A DNA stretch of 64,000 nucleotides from Bispira polyomma (lineage: Eukaryota), in the NCBI GenBank assembly GCA_965649765.1, contig OZ287752.1, positions 32,488,001-32,552,000 on the forward strand, written 5' to 3'. The notes beneath the pieces were generated by a model. That model made no database searches, was not told the DNA's origin, and saw nothing but the letters and a program-made list of their open reading frames with translations. Positions 54,601 through 64,000 of the stretch are shown piece by piece. A program made the translations under genes and the position numbers. The stretch's first letter is position 1, and each line of letters starts with the position of its first letter.

Positions 54601-55067
54601 TTAGTGACTTATAACGTTTTCACCAAAATATAACTCGTTTCACATAATAAGTATGCTTATCTCTTCACATGTGGGCATCTGTGAACAGGGATTTGTTTGG
54701 TTTTCTAGTATACTTAAATACATATAAGAAAAAAAAACATAACACTCTGCTTGGAATGATCATTAGGTTTATTGCTGAAAATAACAATTGGATGCAGCTA
54801 ACGTCTGCTGATAGTAGTGGTTTATAGGTTTATTTTGACACCAAACAGAAACAAGGGAATCATTTGCTATCCAGGCTGAATATGCTTCACTTTGCTTAAT
54901 AGAAATTATAATTCATTCTTCAGGGTGTTTATTTGAAAGGTCAGTCACAGGAATAGAGCCAATCTTAATTCTTTGCTGGGGTCAGAATTAATCTAGCTTA
55001 AGAAATGTAATTCTGTTATCATCAAGAGCTACGAAATGTAAACAATTTAGTGCAGGTTTCATCTTCT

Positions 55068-55128
55068 GCAGTCTAGTGGGTCACACTCGCTTATGAATGC
55101 AGAGGATCTGGGTCCAATCCCAGCATGA
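55068..55128 (+). mobile_element. Truncated SINE head, paralogue of the copy at 58741
   Basis: gtctagtgggtcacactcgcttatgaatgcagaggatctgggtccaatcccagc, at the equivalent position of the triplicated segment. Confidence 0.65.
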
Positions 55129-57254
55129 CTTACTAAACTATTCTCTCACTGTTACTTGTATTTTCATATTGTCCCTGCATAAATTACATTAAGATTATAT
55201 ATAACTTTAGTGGAAAACTCCCAAAGAATAATTAAATGGCATTTCTTTAACAAACCCAGTAACGGTGAATGTTTAAGTGATTCGAACAGCCAAAATATAG
55301 ACCCGTTTCATTATTTTAGAATAGAAATAAAATACTAAAACCCATACTTTATGGGAACATTTACAATTAACTCAGGGGTTGAATTAATGCATTCAGTTTT
55401 TTGGGCTTCATGACATTAATTCCTTTGATGAATCGTTCAGAAATTCACATGAAGCATTAGTTTGCATTTATATTCCTAAAGTAACATCTTTTTTGCTATC
55501 CCTTATTTGTATGGTTGTAAGAAATCAGAAAGCACTGGTGCCACAAGCATAATGGCTGTATTTATGTTTATCTGCTAGTAAACTGACAAAAATATTTTGC
55601 AGTAAGATTTTTCTTGGACTTTGATGATATTTATTTCGGGTCATTCTCCTACAGCAGTGTGGTGGTCACATCGACATAACCTTTTATAAAACAGCTTAAC
55701 CCATATTTTATTTCCGAATTATTGTATTTATTGCCAACAGAGAATCAATGAATGAAACAACAAGAGCGCTAAGTAGAAAGCAAAAACTCTCAACACAGGG
55801 TAAAACATGTATAAAGGACCTGTGCTTTGGCCACAGATTGTAACCTTTCAAAGTAGGTTATCTCATATAGCATATACAATGTACACAAACAACTTATTTG
55901 ACCAAAATTTTTTTCCATAGTCGGTTTTAAGGAATATGGTAAAAAGAATTATTAAATTACAGAGTATGCACTCATTACTCGCTTAGCGTTATCCAGTTTT
56001 GCACAACTGGTTCTGCCCATGTCTTAAGCATTACACACATTGTGGTCAAAATTGGGTAATCCTCTTAACAAACAAACAAATACGTTAAAAAACATTACCT
56101 TTGTGGTCGAGGTAACGATGCTAAAAGATACATTTCCACAGATACTTCAGGTTGAAGACCTTCCAAATGAAATGAAATATTATATATCTTCAAACTCGCT
56201 TATCCCTCTTAGTTTCTTCCTCTGTACACCTTTACATCACTCCTCACGACCTGGCTTTAGTACCTGGTTTAGTAACTTATAAAGTTTCCACACTTTTCAC
56301 CAAAATATAACTTGTTTCACATAATAAGTATGCTTATCTCTTCACATGTGTGCATCTGTAAACAGGGATTGGTTTTCTATTCTAGTGTACTTAAATATAT
56401 AACTTTAGTGGAAAACTCCCCAAAAATAATTGAATGGCATTTCTTTAACAAACCCAGTAAAGGTGAATGTTTAAGTGATTCGAACAGCCAAAATATAGAC
56501 CCGTTTTCTTATTTTAGAATAGAAATAAAATACTAAAACCCATGCTTTATGTGCACATTTACAATTAACTCAGGGGTTGAATTAATGCGTTCAGTTTTTC
56601 GGGCTTCATGACATTAGTTCCTTTGATGAATCGTTCAGAAATTCACAGGAAGCATTCATTGCATTTTTATTCCGAAAGTAACATCTTTTTTTTGCTATCC
56701 CTTATTTGTATGGTTGTAAGAAATCAGAAAGCACTGGTGTCACAAGCATAATGGCTGTATTTATGTTTATCTGCTAGTAAACTGACAAAAATATTTTGCA
56801 GTAAGATTTTTCTTAGATTTTGATGATATTTATTTCGGGTCATTCTCCTACAACAGTGTGGTGGTCGCATAGAATAACCTTTTATCCAACAGCTTAACCC
56901 TTATTTTTTTTTCGAATTATTGTGTTTATTGCCAACAGAGAATCAATAAATGAAACAACAAGGGCGGTAAGTAGAATGCAAAAAGTCTCAACACAGGGTA
57001 AAACATGTATAAAGTACATGTGCTGTGGCTACAGATTGTCACCTTTCAAATTATGTTATCTTATATAGCATATACAATGTACACAAACAACTTCTTTGAC
57101 CAAAATTTGACAAAAACACACAGTCCATAGTCGGTTTTGAGGTACATGGTAAATAGAATTATTAAATTACAGAGTAAGTGCTCATTACTCTCTTAGCGTT
57201 ATCCGGTGTTGCACAACTGGTCCTGCTCATGTCCTAGCACCACACACATTTTAG

Positions 57255-57420
57255 TTAAAATTGGGTAATCCTGTTAACAAACAAACCAACAAACAAACAA
57301 GGTAAAAAACATAACCTTCGTGGTCGAGGTAACAATGCTAAAAATCGGGTAATCCTGCTAACAAGCAAACCAACAAATAAACATGGACAAGAACATAACC
57401 TCCATGGCGGAAGTAATAAT
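57255..57420 (-). mobile_element. Two tandem ends of a Helentron/HINE (DINE-1-like) non-autonomous element (single ends at ~54290-54365 and 56050-56116)
   Basis: taatcctgttaacaaacaaaccaacaaac...aacataacctccatggcggaagtaa: a (CAAA)n microsatellite next to a short terminal palindrome. The family assignment is from recall. Confidence 0.55.
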
Positions 57421-58082
57421 GCTGAAAGAAACATGTCCACAGATACTTCAGGTCGAAGACCTCCAAAACGAAATAAAATATTATATTTCTTCAAACTCGC
57501 TTACCCACTTTTAGTTCTTTCCCTGTACACCCTTACATCATTCATTACGACATGGCTTTGGGGTGTTTAGGACTTCTGGATTGTTTAATTGATTCTGTTG
57601 TTGCATTTCAGAAGATGAAGATAAATAGTTGTAATACCTGATCTAAAATATAAATAACATTGTTTAGTGACTCATAAATGAGTTTCCACCTTTTCCACCA
57701 AAATATAACTAGTTTCACATAATAAGTATGCTTATCTCTCCACACGTAGGCATCGCTGAACGGGGATTGTTTTTTTTAAGTATACTTAAATACATATAAG
57801 AAAAAGACATAACACTCTACTTAGAATAATGCTTAGGTTTATTGCTCAAAATGGCAATTGGATGCAGCTAACGTTTGCTGATACTAGTGGTTTATAGGTA
57901 TATTTTGACACCAAACAAAAACAAGGCAATCATTTGCTATGCAGACCATGGCCCAACTGAATATTCATCACTTTGCTTAATGGAAATTATTATTCATTCT
58001 TCAATGTGCTTATTTGAAAGGTCAGTCACAGGAAACAAGCAAAAGGTAATACCTTCCTGTGGTCGGTATTTATCTAGCTTAA

Positions 58083-58656
58083 TGGCCTGGTCACACCTAC
58101 ACGTGCTAATGTCCCCCAACATACCTAAGCAATATACACTGAAAACGAGCAGTTTTGTATCAAAGTGATTCCATAAATGTGTAGTTGATTATAACGTTTT
58201 GTGACATTTCGTGACGATGTTGGTACTTGTACACATGAAGAGGGGGCAAAAAACGAACTCTTTACTGGTAGGATATCACTACCTACTACTATGTATAGCT
58301 ATGGACTGCTGCTTACTGGTGCGTTCTGCTTCGTTCTGCTACTTCCTCGCTACCTACTACTAAGTAGAGCTACTTACTGATACGTCTATGCTACTTTCAG
58401 AAACGTTCGGGGACTAACAGAGAAACGGGGAGAAACAGGAGCTGTTTCTGTAGTGTTTCAAACAGTTTGAAGCACTACAGAAAAAAGATGAAACGGAGAC
58501 GTTTACAGAACGATATTATCCGTCGTAAAACATCTCAAAACATAAAGAAACGATCAGAAAAGGGATTCTCACTTCCTACTACGTTTCAAAACGTTTCCTA
58601 AATTCACACAACGTGACACAAATGTAGCTCTAGAACGTGTAGGTGTGACCAGGACA
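58083..58656. mobile_element. PIF/Harbinger-type MITE (574 bp)
   Basis: 26-bp TIRs tggcctggtcacacctacacgtgcta / tagaacgtgtaggtgtgaccaggaca with 2 mismatches. TAA TSD at 58080-58082 and 58657-58659. The paralogous empty site has a single TAA (54999-55001). Confidence 0.88.
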
Positions 58657-58740
58657 TAAGCAAGGTAATTCTGTAAACAAATAGGGCTACGAAATGTAAT
58701 GGATGCAGAATTAAACAGTTTCTTGCATGTTTTATCTACT

Positions 58741-58935
58741 GTGGCCTAGTTGGTAACACACTTGCTTATGAATGTAGAGCACCTGGGTTCAATCCTAGCC
58801 TGAGACGACCAGGTACAGTAGTGGCTTGGATGGCCACTTAAAATGATGGTCCTCTGTCATTGGGTATAATCCCCAGTGGCAGGCTGAGTAACCTTGGGGA
58901 CGTTGATAAATGGTCATCCTCAAGCCTGTTTCTTC
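58741..58935 (+). mobile_element. tRNA-derived SINE
   Basis: A box TGGCCTAGTTGG and B box GGTTCAATCC. The body (agtggcttggatggcc...ataaatggtc) is shared with the copies in the array. Confidence 0.8.
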
Positions 58936-60267
58936 AGTTAGAGGATTAATATAGATACTGGTACTAGTTTGCTGTACTTTTGCAGTAAAAAAACTGTTAG
59001 TAACCCTTTAAATATCAAATAAAGTTAAATGTATGTGCCGACTATAAATTTGAATACAATAATACAATCTTCCATAGTTTAGGTTGAATTCATACTAACA
59101 TCTTTGGGTGTTATTCATAATATGTGGTAAACGTTTTTATCTATGAACAAGCAATTAAGTTAGTACCATCGTATGGCAATCGATGTAGGTATTACTTTTA
59201 ACTGTTGGATCAGCAAATGTCTTTTCTGAATTGGAATGCACTTGTATATTGTGTAAAATATTGACATCACCTCTATTCTTTGGAAGGCTTTTTTGATACA
59301 CACTATGTAAATACATATTTTTATCTGTTTTATGCAGAACTCGTTTGATGCCCTGGAAACATAAACACCTGCTATCCTGTCTTAGAATAAAACAGCCTCT
59401 ATTTTAAGGTAGCCCACATGGGGCTATGAAGGTCAGTGCTGGCTCTCCAGTATAACACATTTAGACGTGCCCATCTGTCCCAATTAGTTATTGGTGGTCA
59501 ATAGCCTAATTAACCCGAGTTTTGCTGCCAAGAGTAGTGGGGCTTTACTTCAAACCTAAAAATCAAGAAGGCAAGACACTATTTTTAATATGTACAAAAT
59601 ATTACCCACCCTTTTTTCCCATCTGGGTTCCTCTGTTTTGGGGGCTATGTGGTGTTTGGAAGCAAGCTTCAGAAGTTAGGGCTCATGTCGTGCCATTTTA
59701 CACTGTGACACAGGGGAGTTTCTATCCTCTTCCGGGTAACACCAGGCCCACACAATGGGGGCACACCTAAACTTTTAATCATTTAAAATGTATCATATAT
59801 ATTGTCACATGTTGTTGTCACTGTTGTCAGAAATTACATTTAAATATACTTTGCTGTTAATATATCGTCTGTCATACTAGAACAGCACTAACAGTTAATA
59901 TGTAGTTTCAGATTCACCAAAGAACCATGCCATGGTTCACTGAATGGGCAAAGCAAGCTAGAGTGGCAACAGAGCAAAACCAGCCATAGCCTGCTTCATA
60001 TTTGTGCTATGTCTGAATAATGTTTTTTTCCAACTAGGGTGTTATTGTTATTAAGGGGCTATGTGTAGCTATGTAAGGCATGAGTAAGCTAAAGATGCTG
60101 GTGCATGGGATGTTTAAATATTTGACAGCTTGAGTTTAATTTTTAGGTTTTTAGCTGGACCACATTGGTTTTATTTGCTAGTTTACTCCCTGTTGGGTTC
60201 TTTGTATTTATAATTTTACATTATATACAAACTAATACTTACATAAGTATATTCATTTTTTATCTTA

Positions 60268-60581
60268 GGGCCACCTTATATTGAATTAACCTTAAGTTTG
60301 TGTAATCGTTGAATGTAACTAAAGTTAATACTTAAACTCGTAGACAACAATTTGAAGTAAAGCCAATTCGTCCCCAAAACAAGCTTGTCACCAACCAAGT
60401 CGTCCCCAGCACCACAAACTCGGCCTATATACATTACAAAGTTGACACCAATTGATTAAATGACTGTATCTTTATGAACACTTCACCCAAAATGTGAATT
60501 TAATGTGAACTTAAGCCAACCTTTAATCATGGACAGTATTTTTCATTTGCTTAACTTAACTTTAAACTATTGTGGTGGCCC
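60268..60581. mobile_element. Possible old Harbinger-type MITE
   Basis: Ends gggccacc / ggtggccc, flanked by TTA and TAA. Subterminal symmetry is weak. Confidence 0.4.
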
Positions 60582-62081
60582 TAAACTCAGCTTCTGTGTT
60601 AATGTCTAGTAGTTGGCAGAAAAAAAAATAAAATAACCCTACTGATAAACATTATGTAATAGTGCAAGAAAATCAATAACTTGTAAAATTTGTGGTAGAA
60701 CAAAATATAATAACCCCATTGATACACATTATGTAATAGTGCAAGTAAATCAATAACCTGTAAATAGGTGATTGCTGAAGCTCATTTCAGTCCGAGTGCC
60801 AGCTGTCCTATATTACCATGTATTTAAATAGTTAAAAACAATGCTAACTATTTGTCAAGTAACCCTTACGCTCTCTCCCATTTTTAATATACATTACACA
60901 TGATTCACACCAACAGACAAAAGCAAAGGTATTGTTCACTTCATTCAGTACCAATCACGCTTGTTTTAATCCCAAAACGAATGTTTTGATTTGACACTGT
61001 CAATTTTAAAAGGGGGTTTATTTTTCGGGAACCATCAAACTATACATGGTTACTGATTCACATGAAGGACGTAACTGCTACTGTATATATGTACTGCATA
61101 TGTCCACCCAGTGCCCAAACAGGCACCTGTAATTTATGTAATCTTATAGTGTAATATATATATAACTAAAGTTAATATTTAAACTCGTAGACAACAATTT
61201 AAGGTGAACTTAACAACTAAAGGACACAACTGTGATGGATTGAAGTGGAACCATCAAACTATACATGGTTACATGGATTCAAGTGGCCAGTTTTTTTAAC
61301 TGGTAGATCTTAGTACTTGTTGTTTATACGATTTAAATATTTGAAAAATATACACACAATATTTTACATTTGTACAGTACCAAACAATGAAATATTTTAG
61401 ATTAATAAAGGATAAATACTAAGTAAACACAAACAAACCTCCTTGGCATCAAGGAAACAATACAGCATCAGTGACACCAACATATATGTGTAAGGTGTGT
61501 AAACTAAGGTAAAGTAAACTGTCTCTCGTGGTGTCTAGGCTTCATGGGTGTCAGTCCTGCCTCACCCTTAAGCATCTGACTTAAAGTACCAGGCTAATTT
61601 TAACTGATTGTTGTCAGGGGTTCAAATTGTTTATACTTAATTTCCATTGGCTGACAGCCTGGGCTTACCCACACTTTCTTAATAATGCATCAGTTTAAAA
61701 CTTGAGACTGAACTGCACAGACGTGCTACCATTTTTATTGGAAACAAATGTTCATTTTACAACTGTCTTTTGGTTTTTAGTTTATTTTTAATCATTGTTT
61801 TATGTGAAACTGATCTACTACTGAACGAACTAACTGGAAGGATGGTGTGAATGGATATATCAAAAAATTGTGCTCGATACAGCTGATCTGACAACCTCAT
61901 GCTTGACTTGCTCGAAAGGGCAACAGAAAAAGGGACGATCCAAATCATTTATTAATATAATATTGGGTTCATTACTTTCTTTCTGATCAATACTTTTGGT
62001 AGCAAGCGTGATATTGTTAAACCAGCTCCAGAGGACTGTGCTTATAATTTCAGTGTTTCAGTATAACTGGAACTAGTAACA

Positions 62082-63275
62082 ATGCCAAAGCGTAGTAAAG
62101 CGCTCTGTAAAAAATGTATGACGAGGCATTATCCACCTACGGGTAAAAAATGCCAAGTAGAGCAGCGGATGGAGAGTTCACGAGTGGAAGAACCTGTTCA
62201 GCAGGAGACCCCTCCCGAAGACACGACCGAAGCAGGGACTTCCTCCAATGAAGAAGAGGAAAGTATGCAGTGGCAGATCGTAAAAGAACTTCAGAAGGTC
62301 AATTCAAGGCTGGACCTGGTTTAGGAACGAGTGGCGTACACACGGTCAAAGAGAAGCAGAGGTCAACACAGTGAACGGGACAATGCTAAGCTAAGTAGTG
62401 GTTCTTACAAACAATACAGTAAAACTAGAAAAATCAGTTCAAGAACTAAATCTCCAGATAGCGATAATGAAATGCTTTCTCATAAACTGGGTAATAAAGA
62501 CAAAAGAACTATCAAAAGTAAAAAAGTCTCAAGTGATAGTGAAACCTCTTCTGATGAGTCTGTAATACCTTCTATGTCAATACTGAGAACATCTCAGGAT
62601 ATACAAAGGGAAGTCGATAGCAGATTGAGAGAGTTAGAATGTGAAGGTGCTTGTTCAGGCAAACATTTGACCTCTAAAATAAAGTCAAAAAGGGGGGGAA
62701 ATGTAGAAGTGATTGTCAAAAATAAGGTGGCCTGGCCACATGAGTGTATCCTGGGAGGTAGTAGTAGGCAGAGAGTTGTTTATGATCAGTTATCTCTCAC
62801 ACAGTGGGTCCAAGGGTTTTGTAGAAATATAATGGAAGAGCCTGATAGCTCAACCAAGGAAAAAATGGTTCAGTACATGTCAGAATTAATGGAAGACGCA
62901 ACAGATTTTTCTTGGCAATGGGCTAAGGCAGCTCATGCGGTTCTGTTGTGCGAGATGGAGAGAGGTACTGTAACTTGGCAAAACACATCTCGTATTGACA
63001 AAATTTGCAGAGCCCATGCGCAAAAACACATCCCGGCTTCAGGAAAATTTAATTGGGGTAGAAGTACTGAAAACACCAGAAAACCTTGGTTCTGTAAAAA
63101 TTACCAAAATGGTAGCTACTCTCACACTAAAGATCATGAAATGGGCGGGAAAATGCAAAGACATATTTGTTCAATTTGTTTAGAGAGGGGAAGGGAATTA
63201 AACCATCCAGAAAGAGACTGTAACTTTGCAAAAAAGAAAAATCTGTCAAAAAACGAGCAAGCTGCTCAACTTTAG
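62082..63275 (+). pseudogene. Gag-like ORF1 of the DIRS/Ngaro-like element, with one in-frame stop
   Basis: ORFs 62082-62324 and 62331-63275 are in the same frame, split by TAG at 62322. Motifs: CKKCMTRHYPPTGKKC, WPH...YDQLSLTQWVQGF, and FCKNYQNG.Y...HICSIC...HPERDC, where the Y is probably a mutated Cys. Confidence 0.75.
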
Positions 63276-64000
63276 ATCAAGGTGAGGGCAGCAAAAGTAT
63301 AACTTGTGATCACGGTTGTAATAAAAATGTCAAGGTAAAATGTACCACTAGCAAAGTGGCTGGTGATGTGCAAGTTAATAAAGGTAAATTTGCAGGTAAA
63401 TGTATGTCTGAAAACGAGGTAAATATGTTCAGGACGCGACTAGTATATAATAGTTGTGTCAATGTGAAGCAAACAGAAGCCATGTTGGCACGTAAGTTTA
63501 TACAAAGTTTTAAGTTCACAAAGGTGACGGAAAAACCAATTATGCACACAAAAGTATCAACAATGACTTTATATCCCACAAAACAATTGACCAAACATTG
63601 TGTACAGGAGATTAACCCTCACAAAGAAAGTGGTAATGGTGGGGACAATCAAGGGGTTGAAGCAAGGTCCCACAACATAGTTGAAAAGGGCACCAACAAA
63701 GAAGTAATTAAAGGGGGTGACAGCTAACAATAGTGACATGACCACAACTGACACTGGCATACAAACACGTGGACATGTTGACGTCAATATGGTTGACCTC
63801 ACATCAGTTAGCAGAAGTGACACGGCTAATAGTCAGACGGGACAGAGCCAATTACTATTTGACATAAACAAATACAGCTCAGATGACAAATTCATCAATT
63901 CTATTGCAAGTAGAGCCAATAGGCGTGTCTTAGGTAATAGAGACTTGACACATGTACTCAGTTTCATCACTTGGCAGAAACAGTCAGAGTTTGACTTTGG
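63224..64000 (+). pseudogene. N-terminal part of a pol-like ORF2 (-1 frame relative to gag), frameshifted at the G run 63713-63717, partial
   Basis: One frame is open from 63224 to 63727. Another is open from 63708 to the window end (...LFDINKYSSDDKFINS...WQKQSEFDFG). Confidence 0.55.
63248..63292 (+). promoter_or_regulatory. Candidate -1 programmed ribosomal frameshift cassette
   Basis: In-frame heptamer A_AAA_AAC (63248-63254), 6-nt spacer, then a hairpin GCUGCUC/GGGCAGC with inner stem ACUUU/AAGGU. Confidence 0.6.

Larger units (their letters stand above)
53490..58940. repeat. Triplicated segment (copies ~53490-55225, ~55226-56424, ~56425-58940)
   Basis: ggcatttctttaacaaacccagtaa.ggtgaatgttt recurs at ~53504, 55238 and 56436 with colinear downstream sequence. 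Each copy has a HINE-like end and an L2 3' remnant. Confidence 0.93.
61505..64000 (+). mobile_element. DIRS/Ngaro-like (tyrosine-recombinase class) retrotransposon, 5' part, decayed
   Basis: Gag-like ORF with N- and C-terminal Cys/His fingers, overlapped by a second ORF that runs off the window. The RT and recombinase cores are not in the window. The left boundary is approximate. Confidence 0.7.

Noticed and set aside
62322-62324. Programmed stop-codon readthrough in gag
   Set aside because: The context TAG-GAA lacks the CARYYA readthrough motif. A GAG>TAG change restores RLDLVEERV, and the copy has other lesions.

Overview
AT-rich animal genomic DNA, probably lophotrochozoan (mollusc- or annelid-like); this is inferred from the receptor and TE families. 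One intact gene is present: a D1-like dopamine receptor (Dop1R1 type, 43132-44826, minus strand) with an uninterrupted CDS. Its 3' flank (1 to ~38.6 kb) is a non-coding macrosatellite with higher-order structure: five ~6-8 kb units, each a dimer of two diverged monomers (A, B), ending in an older, more diverged monomer (C). The monomers are mosaics of old L2-type LINE ends, a tRNA-derived SINE and Helentron/HINE-like pieces. One younger L2 insertion is present in unit 4 only. Upstream of the gene are an assembly gap, a Tx1/L1 fragment, a foldback element between (TA)n tracts, a triplicated 1.2-1.7 kb segment carrying a Harbinger-type MITE, SINEs, and the 5' part of a decayed DIRS/Ngaro-like retrotransposon. 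The gag/ORF2 overlap of that element holds a candidate -1 frameshift cassette (A_AAA_AAC, 6-nt spacer, hairpin). Repeat boundaries and similarity levels were read by eye and are approximate.
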